In this document: positions 55,955 to 64,000 of the stretch, one piece after another
How positions within the stretch are numbered: the first letter of the stretch is position 1
How the letters are laid out: each line of letters starts with the position of its first letter
DNA from: an uncultured Nitrososphaerota archaeon
GTDB lineage: Archaea; Thermoproteota; EX4484-205; JAAOZP01
Length of the DNA stretch: 64,000 nt
Direction of reading: 5' to 3'
Assembly: GCA_964416155.1 (NCBI GenBank)
Contig: CAYQCW010000009.1
Location: forward strand, 26,495 to 90,494
Position numbers and translations under genes: made by a program
The notes under the pieces: model-generated
Seen by the model: only the letters and a program-made list of their open reading frames with translations
Database searches by the model: none
Told to the model about the DNA's origin: nothing

Positions 55955-57031
55955 TTAAAAGTTGAAGAAGGAGTCAGACTCTTTAAAATCAAGCATCTCT
56001 ATTCCAATCTCCTGCCCTTCTTTTTTAAAGCTCAGCCAGTAATTGTAACCTCCCTGAAGCTCCAATTCCCTATGCGTTTTCAGCCGGGTTTCTAAAACAC
56101 CTTCCGTAAGGTGTAAGCCAGACATTTTCATTCTCACGCCTCTGACAGCCATGTATTTTCCGAAAAACTTTACGCTAGCACGTTTAGGAACGTACAGGCT
56201 TATTTTTATCGAGTCGAACTTTTTCTCCTGTATTAAGCTGATGCTTGAAGAGACACTCCACATATCAATATGGTCTTTACACACCAAATACAGCCGGTCA
56301 TCCTTGATCCTGCCCAGCGTGAACTCAATCATTTTCTTGGCATCCATAAGTATGCTTCTCGCCCTACCGATGTAGCCGATTCTAGCTACTCCGTGTTCTA
56401 CAAGCTCCTCCTCTTTTTCTTCAAAGACTCTCGGAGTACCGTAAGCGTGTAGAAAACATCTTTTTTCAAAAACATCCCCGTCCATCTTGATCTTGCAAAA
56501 CGTGGGCTCAGGCTGCAAATGGTAATAAAGCTTAGCCAGCTCCTCAACCGTGTGGAAGCTAGTGTTGCTTTCCAAGGAAGCACCTATAAACAGTATCTTG
56601 CCGCCGAGCTCAGCTATCTTCAAGTATGGGGTGCCCTTTCCGCATGGGGTTTCAGCCTCCTCATGCCCTTCAATTATTTTCCTAGCATCTTTCCCTATGG
56701 CGGCAACAGAATGAGTCGGATGCCTGCTCCTGCACGCTTCCCCTCTTTTTCTCAAGGTTTCAGGAACCACCCCGGTCCAGCAAGGTTTATCTTTAGAATA
56801 ACTTGGAGGGTGCTCTGGAGAGTCAAATATCTGGCCGGTTATTGTTGGGACAACCATCGTACCATCCTCCCCAACGCTTTCAAGGACGGCATCTATCAGT
56901 GTTTCTGCACCACCCTGAACGTATCCGATGCTGCTTAAAGAGCTGTGGACAAGAAGTATGTCTCCTTTTTCAACACCTATTTTTACCAAGTCTTTAACGA
57001 TTTCCTCTCTGGTTGACTCGAATCTACGCAT
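55955..57031 (-). CDS. AAC(3)/YokD-family N-acetyltransferase with extra C-terminal domain
   Basis: LLVHSSLSSIG, GTMVVPT, G.VPE, RSRHPTHSVAAIG, NTSFHTVE; ~100-aa unassigned tail. Confidence 0.85.
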   Translation of the reverse strand: MRRFESTREEIVKDLVKIGVEKGDILLVHSSLSSIGYVQGGAETLIDAVLESVGEDGTMVVPTITGQIFDSPEHPPSYSKDKPCWTGVVPETLRKRGEACRSRHPTHSVAAIGKDARKIIEGHEEAETPCGKGTPYLKIAELGGKILFIGASLESNTSFHTVEELAKLYYHLQPEPTFCKIKMDGDVFEKRCFLHAYGTPRVFEEKEEELVEHGVARIGYIGRARSILMDAKKMIEFTLGRIKDDRLYLVCKDHIDMWSVSSSISLIQEKKFDSIKISLYVPKRASVKFFGKYMAVRGVRMKMSGLHLTEGVLETRLKTHRELELQGGYNYWLSFKKEGQEIGIEMLDFKESDSFFNF

Positions 57032-57101
57032 GCCGGCGAGGCATACGAGAGTTCAAATATTTAGGTTTTTAGAACCCGATTAATCGACCTTTAAACCATC
57101 C

Positions 57102-58397
57102 TTATGAAACAAGTTTCCTTGCTCTTTCAGCTAGTTCCGCGCGCTTCCACTCTATATCCTTTGGAAGGGTTAACGAGGCTGCGGTGAGCACTATGGCGCA
57201 TATCGCCCAAGTTATGGTTATTATAACCACCATGCCCCATTCCAAACCCATGACAACCGCCAAATAGCCGGTAATTAGAGGTGCAAAGGCAGATCCTACG
57301 TTTTCAACGAAAACCTGCACCGACTGGAGGGTGCTTCTAACCTCAGGTAGGCATATGTCCTGAAGGGATGCCGTAACAGCTGGGCCGGCCATGGGGATGA
57401 AGAAACCAGTGAGTGCTCCGAATATGATGAAGAGCTCAACCCCGCCTCTCGTTAAAAGCGTTAGGTCGAAGAACACCAACCCGACGGCCACAGAGATCCC
57501 GGCGAAGATCGCCCTCCCCCCTAATTTCCTCCTGAAGGCCCAGTCGGAGATTAGACCAGCAACTATGTTTCCGGCGACCATCGCTAAAATCGCCACCAGC
57601 ATGATGAGCAGTTGAGAATATGGATCAAAACCTCTCACGTCCGTCATGTAAGTGAAGAGCCAGTAAGTGATTATCTGCCAGGGGAAGACGCCAAAAAAGC
57701 CTTGGACGAATAGAAAGAGCATCGATTTTCTCCTTAGAACCTCGGACAACGATTCCTTCTTGAAAACGTCCTTCAGCTTATCCTTCACGGTCACCAGTTC
57801 AGGTTCGGTCGACCCCCTCGGCTTATCCTTTAAAGTGGTCGCAATCAAGATTGCCAAGAGTAGACCGGGCACCCCCGTTATCAGGAAGGCACTCCGCCAT
57901 CCAAGCGCGCTGCCCATAATGGTTCCGATGAAGGTGCCGATGAGCGCCCCGATGGGAGCAGAGGTGCCCAGTAAGCCGAATGCCGTAGACCTCTTTTCTG
58001 GCGGAAAATGATCGCCTATGAAGGCAACTATGCCGCTGGTCGCCTCGTTATCTACCCCGGTTAAGGACCTAGTGAAGACCAGCTCCAAGTAGTTCTTGGA
58101 GAAGGTGGAGAGAACCGTGGTGCCTCCCCAGATGGCGCTAGCGAGTGCCGCTAAACGAGGCCTGACATACTTGTCGAAAAGGTAGCCCCAGATAGGCATG
58201 AAGATGACCGCAACTATTGAGGCACCGGTCTGTATGGCGCCAAGCTCGATATAATTGAGCCCGAACTCATCCCTTATCGTTGGGAGGAGGGGCGAAATTA
58301 GAAACTTATCGGAATTATGTAGCATCATGAAGAGGAAGAAGACGAATACAGCGTACCAAGCTCCTCTTGGCACTCTGTAGGTTTGGGTTCTGGTCAT
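57102..58397 (-). CDS. MFS transporter
   Basis: About 12 TMs, GYLFDKYVR motif A, DHFPPEKRS, GWR.AF. Confidence 0.92.
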   Translation of the reverse strand: MTRTQTYRVPRGAWYAVFVFFLFMMLHNSDKFLISPLLPTIRDEFGLNYIELGAIQTGASIVAVIFMPIWGYLFDKYVRPRLAALASAIWGGTTVLSTFSKNYLELVFTRSLTGVDNEATSGIVAFIGDHFPPEKRSTAFGLLGTSAPIGALIGTFIGTIMGSALGWRSAFLITGVPGLLLAILIATTLKDKPRGSTEPELVTVKDKLKDVFKKESLSEVLRRKSMLFLFVQGFFGVFPWQIITYWLFTYMTDVRGFDPYSQLLIMLVAILAMVAGNIVAGLISDWAFRRKLGGRAIFAGISVAVGLVFFDLTLLTRGGVELFIIFGALTGFFIPMAGPAVTASLQDICLPEVRSTLQSVQVFVENVGSAFAPLITGYLAVVMGLEWGMVVIITITWAICAIVLTAASLTLPKDIEWKRAELAERARKLVS

Positions 58398-59284
58398 TCT
58401 GCATCCTCCTGCTTAAGAGCCTTCCAGCCAACTAGGGTGAAGCCCAGTTCATCTATTATTTGCCGGGCCTCGTTAGAAGTCACCAGCTGGTAATCCAGAT
58501 ACCTGTCAACATGGCTCGTCACGCCATGGCTAGGTATTATTGCCTTCATCTCCTCGTCGGGAAGGCCAAGGTGTACTGTTATCTGAGTCAGGGTTCCCGG
58601 CTTTATGTCCTTCAAAACGTCTCTAAACCACTTTATTCTTTCCTGTAGGTCGGAGCCGAATGTAATGCCGATGAAATTATCCAGCATAGGCGTCCCGGAT
58701 TTCAGAACCGTGCTTACAAGATCCTCAGATATCGTTATACCCATATGCTTAGCAACCTCAAATACACTTTCAGTAGGCTTAATCAACATCGGAATAAGAT
58801 CATTATCTAGGGCAACCTTCACGTAAGTCTCTAAGAGATCCGGCCTGAAGAAGACTGGCCCCATGTGAGTATCCAGATGGGAAGGCTGTAGGCCAAGGTG
58901 GAAAGCCTTCTCGACCTGCGCCCTCAGCTCAGCCTCAACCTCTTCCCTAGAGGCTTTCGCCACATCCTTTGCTTCTCGATGCAGGTATCCCTGCCCATCC
59001 AAGAGGGTTGGAACCCTGCTCCTTGAGCTCACGGGGCCCCATCTGTAGAGCCTCCACTCGCTCGTCAGTGTCGAATGTATCCCGTGGTCGTAATCCGGAT
59101 TCTCCTTGAAGAACTCGACCGCCTCGAGTATCCATGGGCATGGCATCATAAGGCTGCAGCTTGAAACCACGCCATTTTGAAATCCTAGGAAGGTCGCCTT
59201 ATTCTCTGTGTGACACATGCCGACATCATCTGCATGGATAATCAGCAGCTTGTCATTACTGTCGAAGCCGCCTGTCAACGGCAT
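58394..59284 (-). CDS. YdjC/ChbG-family carbohydrate deacetylase
   Basis: IIHADDVG, G.VSS.SLM, GIH.TL, ELRAQ, SHLDTHM. Confidence 0.9.
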   Translation of the reverse strand: MPLTGGFDSNDKLLIIHADDVGMCHTENKATFLGFQNGVVSSCSLMMPCPWILEAVEFFKENPDYDHGIHSTLTSEWRLYRWGPVSSRSRVPTLLDGQGYLHREAKDVAKASREEVEAELRAQVEKAFHLGLQPSHLDTHMGPVFFRPDLLETYVKVALDNDLIPMLIKPTESVFEVAKHMGITISEDLVSTVLKSGTPMLDNFIGITFGSDLQERIKWFRDVLKDIKPGTLTQITVHLGLPDEEMKAIIPSHGVTSHVDRYLDYQLVTSNEARQIIDELGFTLVGWKALKQEDAE

Positions 59285-59639
59285 ACTTCTTGGTTAGAAA
59301 TGCTAAAATATAAATTTTTAAAATACAAGGTAGTTTCTCGCAACGCGTGGAGAAAACACTCATTGCATCCTCAATTACTACTCATTCTAAGAAGGTTGAA
59401 TAATCCTTCCGGATTACCAATCTTGCTGTTTACGGAAAGATCAGCCGGTTATTTTTCCACCCGGGCTGTCTCCCAGTTTACCGACCGGTTTAACTTGAAT
59501 ATTGATGGGCATGCTCCTTCTTTCGCCTAGCAATGCCTGTCTAACGTCTAGCGCGCTTCCTGAAAGCGTTGCTCCTCTTTACGTCATATACGCGGTATCT
59601 CAACGTCGCTTGAGCATTGTGGCGTAGTGCGATTCTTCT

Positions 59640-60143
59640 TCACCTTCTTGCTTCTCTAATCATGTGACCGATCTCCGGAAGTATCAGCTTCCTAATAGCT
59701 AGTTCCACCGCGTTCTTCGACCCTGGCAGACATATCAGTATCTTTCCCTTTGCAACGCCTGCGAACGCTCTCGTAAGCATCGCCGCCGTACCTATTTCAT
59801 TGTAGCTGAGGAACCTGAAAAGCTCCCCGAACCCCTCAACCCTCTTCTCAACCGTTTTAGAGACTGTCTCAACCGTAACGTCCCTCGTGCTCAACCCGGT
59901 TCCTCCAATAGTCAGTATGACGTCGATTTCTCCACTGTTAAGCAACTCTCCAATAATCCTCTCTATCTCGCCCTCATCGTTCCGGACTATCAGCCTCCTA
60001 CACACTCCGTGACCCTCCTTTCTCAAAATACTCTCAGCAATCCCACCGGATTCGTCTGTTTCAAAAGTCCTAGTGTCACTCACAGTAACCACTGCGAACA
60101 GGAGGCTTCTAGGAGAAGCCTTTCTATGTTCTAAATAGTCCAA
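59640..60143 (-). CDS. moaB: Molybdopterin adenylyltransferase MoaB/MogA
   Basis: TVSD, DESG, GGTGLSTRDVT, GFGELFR, LPGS. Confidence 0.93.
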   Translation of the reverse strand: MDYLEHRKASPRSLLFAVVTVSDTRTFETDESGGIAESILRKEGHGVCRRLIVRNDEGEIERIIGELLNSGEIDVILTIGGTGLSTRDVTVETVSKTVEKRVEGFGELFRFLSYNEIGTAAMLTRAFAGVAKGKILICLPGSKNAVELAIRKLILPEIGHMIREARR

Positions 60144-60592
60144 TCCTTAACCTTCTCCTCAACAACTATGCTCTCTATCGCAGTGAACGGGTACTGGCCC
60201 TTCTCATCCTTCTCAATCTCCTTAACCATATCCCAGATGGTCAACAATGCTACAGCCACCCCGGTTAAAGCCTCCATCTCCACGCCCGTCTTAGACTCTG
60301 AAACAATACTGCAGACCGCTGAGACCCCATCGTCTCCTGTTTGAAACTCGACAGCTATATGGGTTAGCGGAATGGGGTGGCAGCCAGGTATCAGCTCAGG
60401 CGTCTTCTTAACCGCGAGAATTGCTGAAACCCTTGCAACTGTTAGGACATCGCCCTTCGCTACTTTGCCTGTTTTTATCGCATCCACGGTTTCACGCCTA
60501 AGCCTTATCCAACCTTTCGCCACAGCCCTTCTCCGGGAAAACTTCTTCCCACTTATGTCAACCATCTCCAGCCCCTTATCTTTCCCGTTCAA
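60131..60592 (-). CDS. moaC: Cyclic pyranopterin monophosphate synthase
   Basis: MVDISGK, KGDVL, KKT.ELIP.CHP, TGVEMEAL, WDMVK. Confidence 0.95.
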   Translation of the reverse strand: MNGKDKGLEMVDISGKKFSRRRAVAKGWIRLRRETVDAIKTGKVAKGDVLTVARVSAILAVKKTPELIPGCHPIPLTHIAVEFQTGDDGVSAVCSIVSESKTGVEMEALTGVAVALLTIWDMVKEIEKDEKGQYPFTAIESIVVEEKVKDWTI

Positions 60593-61005
60593 GGTTTAAC
60601 CGTCTCCTTAACCCATCTTCCACCCCTAGCTGTAATCTCCTTCTTCCATATGGGTGCATGTGCCTTAACCTCGTCTATCATCCAGCTGCAGGCTTTGAAA
60701 GCCTCCGCCCGGCTTCTGGCTGAAGCAGCTACTAGAACTATGTTTTCAGCCGGCTTAAGTCTTCCAACCCTATGGATTATGACTGCATCGATTATTCCGA
60801 ATCTTTCTAGAGCCTCCCTCCTTATTTTTTCAAGCTCCGCCTCCGCAGCCTCCTTGTATGCTTCGACAATCATTTCGCTAACAGCCTCCCCTTCTCTAAA
60901 TCCCTTGACAACACCTAGGAAAAACACTATCGCGCCTACTTCCACTCTTCTAAGAATTGAAGCAGCTTCGTCTATCGAGAAATCATCCTCAGTAACACGG
61001 ATCAT
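60589..61005 (-). CDS. moaE: Molybdopterin synthase catalytic subunit
   Basis: GAIVFFLGVV, HRVGRL, R.EAF, K..APIWKKE. Confidence 0.95.
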   Translation of the reverse strand: MIRVTEDDFSIDEAASILRRVEVGAIVFFLGVVKGFREGEAVSEMIVEAYKEAAEAELEKIRREALERFGIIDAVIIHRVGRLKPAENIVLVAASARSRAEAFKACSWMIDEVKAHAPIWKKEITARGGRWVKETVKP

Positions 61006-61006
61006 T

Positions 61007-61246
61007 CTAACCGCCTCCGGCTGGAGGGAACACGACCACCACATCCCCCTCGTTTAAACAGGTGTCCAAGTCCACCGTTCTCCCGTTTACCGCGATAAGG
61101 AAGTTCTCCCCAGCCAAGCCGGCATGCTTCTCCCTGAGTTTTTTAACGATTTCTCTAACGGTTGCTCCGTCGTCAACCTCCAGCGTCTCCTTCTCGCCAA
61201 TCTCCTCCCTAATCCAAGCATAATATTTTACTTCAATCTTCATCAT
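61007..61246 (-). CDS. moaD: MoaD/ThiS sulfur carrier
   Basis: VKYYA..RE, AVNG, GD.V.VFPPAGGG diglycine C-terminus. Confidence 0.95.
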   Translation of the reverse strand: MMKIEVKYYAWIREEIGEKETLEVDDGATVREIVKKLREKHAGLAGENFLIAVNGRTVDLDTCLNEGDVVVVFPPAGGG

Positions 61247-61323
61247 TATTCCTCCGGCTAGCAAATATAATTTATTTAAGCCGGTTATAAAAGGTTTCTA
61301 GTTGAAAAGCGTTTAAGCTTGCC

Positions 61324-63798
61324 CTAGTAGTGTGATACTGTTATCCTCTTCCTGAGCTCTGGTTTTGAAAGCGGCTTATCCAGCTTTACGAGAATCTTTT
61401 TCTCAACACCTGGGGGAAGGTCGAAGAAATTATCGCTAAACTCTGCTTTCACCCCTCTAACCCTTACTTCACATGCTTTCGCAATATTGTTCGAAACCAG
61501 GCTGAGCTCATAGGTTGAACCATCCTTTCCGTCAAGCTTCATTCTAATTCTAGGCTTAGGAAGCGTAATATGCTTCACTTTTTCAAGGAATACCACGTCA
61601 TACTTGGGCTCAGCGTCTTCAGGCTCGAAAACGCATGCTAGAAAACTGTTAAACCTGTCTTTCACGTTTAGCTCGCTTAGGCTTAGCTCCATACAGGGCT
61701 TTGAAGAATTCGCCTCTACAACAACCTCCTTCTCTCTTACCCATCTCTTGTTTCCCTTCAAATCGAAAGACATGATTCTAAGCCTGCCCTTCACCGGCTT
61801 AAGAAGATCGTTGCAAACCCAAGCCTCCACCCTATCCTGCTTGACAAGCAGGCTAACGTTAACGGGGTCGAATGCCCTCTTCACATAGTAGTATGAAGCC
61901 TTGAGGCCACCGTAGTAGTCGATCAGGCTCCAGCTGAGTACTGGCCAACAGTCGTTGAGCTGCCATATCAAAGCCCCCCCTGTCTTAAACTTCCTCCTCC
62001 TCCAATGCTCTATCCCTGTCTTTAGAGCCTCTCCCTGATTGATTTGAGTCAAGTAGACAAACCTGCTTAGGTTTACAGCCAGCTTGAAATGCAGCAGAAT
62101 GAAAAACCAGAGTCTCTCCTGTCCAAAAGGCTGCTTATTGTGGAATTCAATGACTCTGCTCTGCGGATCCCTGTCCTCAGGAAGAGTAAACCTTCTAATA
62201 GTTTCCATCGAGGGTGCCGACTGAAAGCCGAATTCACTCATGAACCTGCCCTTATCATTAAGATACTCTGTGTAATCCCTTAGCATAGACCAAACCTCCC
62301 AGTTATGCCGGTCGCCCTCGCTTTGAGAATTAGGATCGTCCCCCCCGTATGGGCTACTCGGCCAGTAGAAGGTTTCAGGATTAAGTTTAGAGCAAACCGT
62401 AGGAAGTATCTTATGATAGATCGTCTCACCATAGAACCTATCCTTTATGCCATACCAATGTGCCTTGAACCCCCAGTGATTCTCGTTGTTACCACACCAT
62501 ATTGCTAGGCAAGCATGATTCCTGAGCCTCTTCACCACTTTCTCAGCCTCCTTTCTAACTGATTCGAAGAACCATTCCTCCTCAGGGTACTCTGCACATG
62601 CGAACATGAAGTCCTGCCAGACAAGTATCCCCTTCTCGTCGCAAAGCTCGTAGAAAGCATCATCCTCATAGACTCCGCCGCCCCAGACTCTCACCATGTT
62701 CATATGCGCTTCCTTCACCCTGCTTAGAAGATAATCGTAAACCTGTCTGCTGACCCTGGGCAGGAAGGAGTCTGCGGGAACCCAGTTGACCCCTTTGCAG
62801 AAAACAGGCACGTTATTAACTCTGAAGAAGAAGGTTTTTCCCTCTTCATCCTTCTCCTGCACTACCTCAATCTTCCTTATTCCAATCTTCCTTTTAACCA
62901 TGTCTAAAATACCGTTCGAACCCTCAACAACCATTTCCAAGTCGTAAAGGTTTTGCTCTCCATAACCGTTTGGCCACCATAGCCTAGGGTTCTCAATATT
63001 AAACCCAATTTTGAAAACGTTTAATCCTGGTGAAACATCCTCGTATTCTTCTTTAACCTGGTCTTCGCCGAAACCGCTAACCCGAGTCCTCAGCTTCACG
63101 CGCCCCGTCTCGAAGGCCTCTATGGAGATGCTTATGCTTATCCTCGAGCTTTTAAGGTCGCTGGTAAGTTCGCTGGAAAAATAGAAGCTTTCAATCTTAC
63201 ACACATCGTAGGCTTTAAGCTCCACGCTTCTCCAAATGCCCGAAGTTCCAAGCCTCGGTCCCCAATCCCAGCCGAAGGAGTATTGTGCTTTCCTACCGTA
63301 GACACGCGGGGGGTAAAATGCTCCCCCCAGCTTAACGCTGCCCTTGTTATACGTTTCCTCAAGAACTCTTTTGGGCGAATCAAGTCTAACCATCAATATA
63401 TTTTTTCCTTCTTTTAAAAGATCTTTAACATTGAACTCGTGCTCGTGAAACATGTTGGCTGTCCTGCCAACCTCCTTCCCATTAAGCCAGATTGTCGCAA
63501 AAGTATCTAGGCCGTGAAACCTGAGCTCCACGTGGTCATGTTTGAGAAACTCTTCACCTAGGTGAAACTCTTTCATATACCACCAATCCTTATCCTCCAC
63601 CCAAGCTACCTCAAGCTCGTTCATTCTGAAGAACGGGTCAGGAATCTTTCTGTTCTTCAAAAGATCGAGATGGACAACACCTGGTACCGTTGCCTTCAAC
63701 CATGGACCTGAGCTCGGCGGTGTCTTCTCCTCCTTTCCGCATTCTTTGAAAAACCATTCCCCGTTAAGACTTATGGTTTCCATGTGTGTCCCAAACAT
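61324..63798 (-). CDS. Beta-mannosidase (GH2)
   Basis: ATVPG.VHLDL, FHGLDT, RKAQYSFGWDWGP, LWWPNGYG, NMVRVWGGG, WQDFMF, WCGNNE, SEFGFQS, WQLNDCWP. Real start may be 63783. Confidence 0.95.
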   Translation of the reverse strand: MFGTHMETISLNGEWFFKECGKEEKTPPSSGPWLKATVPGVVHLDLLKNRKIPDPFFRMNELEVAWVEDKDWWYMKEFHLGEEFLKHDHVELRFHGLDTFATIWLNGKEVGRTANMFHEHEFNVKDLLKEGKNILMVRLDSPKRVLEETYNKGSVKLGGAFYPPRVYGRKAQYSFGWDWGPRLGTSGIWRSVELKAYDVCKIESFYFSSELTSDLKSSRISISISIEAFETGRVKLRTRVSGFGEDQVKEEYEDVSPGLNVFKIGFNIENPRLWWPNGYGEQNLYDLEMVVEGSNGILDMVKRKIGIRKIEVVQEKDEEGKTFFFRVNNVPVFCKGVNWVPADSFLPRVSRQVYDYLLSRVKEAHMNMVRVWGGGVYEDDAFYELCDEKGILVWQDFMFACAEYPEEEWFFESVRKEAEKVVKRLRNHACLAIWCGNNENHWGFKAHWYGIKDRFYGETIYHKILPTVCSKLNPETFYWPSSPYGGDDPNSQSEGDRHNWEVWSMLRDYTEYLNDKGRFMSEFGFQSAPSMETIRRFTLPEDRDPQSRVIEFHNKQPFGQERLWFFILLHFKLAVNLSRFVYLTQINQGEALKTGIEHWRRRKFKTGGALIWQLNDCWPVLSWSLIDYYGGLKASYYYVKRAFDPVNVSLLVKQDRVEAWVCNDLLKPVKGRLRIMSFDLKGNKRWVREKEVVVEANSSKPCMELSLSELNVKDRFNSFLACVFEPEDAEPKYDVVFLEKVKHITLPKPRIRMKLDGKDGSTYELSLVSNNIAKACEVRVRGVKAEFSDNFFDLPPGVEKKILVKLDKPLSKPELRKRITVSHY

Positions 63799-64000
63799 TG
63801 CCGCAAATATAAAACTTATGCCTTTTGTTTAAGATTTCAAATAAATAGGTTTGCAAGTCTTTTATCGGGCTTTTTTAACGTTGAGTCGGATCGGAGGACT
63901 GAGGAAACGCATATATACTGTTAACCATGAGGGTTGGGAAGCCAACGGGAAATTGCTCAGAGAAACCTCTTCAAAAAGGCAGGATGGCGGAAAGAAAATC

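Noticed and set aside
59300-59639. Possible degraded HAD-hydrolase C-terminus between moaB and the YdjC gene
   Set aside because: It needs too many assumed changes; not supportable by eye.
63927-64000. Start of a plus-strand gene at the window edge
   Set aside because: Two frames are open and only ~24 codons are visible, so it cannot be assigned.
1-64000. CRISPR arrays, rRNA/tRNA genes, IS transposases, pyrrolysine or selenocysteine readthrough in the methyltransferase cluster
   Set aside because: None seen on reading. The mtaB breaks are frameshifts and a deletion, not in-frame TAG/TGA codons.

Overview
An archaeal chromosomal segment from an anaerobic heterotroph. Many TATA-like boxes lie about 25-30 nt before the start codon, GMP synthase is the split subunit-B type, and the glycerol genes are of archaeal type. 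The mtaC/mtaB genes in a non-methanogen setting suggest Ca. Brockarchaeota or a related Thermoproteota lineage (inference). The window is dominated by glycan and sugar catabolism: GH29, GH106-like, GH2, a BNR sialidase-fold protein, CE4 and YdjC deacetylases, NagA, fucose isomerase, a PfkB kinase, esterases and a CBM9-like protein. It also carries glpK/glpA, TldD/TldE, VapBC, a corrinoid methyl-transfer cluster, three ABC exporters with DUF1854, an Etf-lactate dehydrogenase operon, moaDECB and surface-protein genes. No tRNA, rRNA, CRISPR array, transposase or integrase was seen. Main observations: (1) a ~1 kb AT-rich insert splits tldD-tldE and is bounded by a synonymously recoded duplicate of the last 10 codons of tldD, resembling an att-type 3'-end replacement; (2) the methanol methyltransferase gene mtaB has decayed while the corrinoid protein, RACo activator and a UroD-family protein remain intact among sugar genes; (3) an unusual operon joins a DHDPS-like aldolase, a PreA-like flavoprotein and a sialidase-fold protein; (4) about eight gene relics that the ORF track misses or fragments; (5) membrane proteins with C-terminal polyproline tails. 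All family calls come from motif recognition by eye, not database searches.
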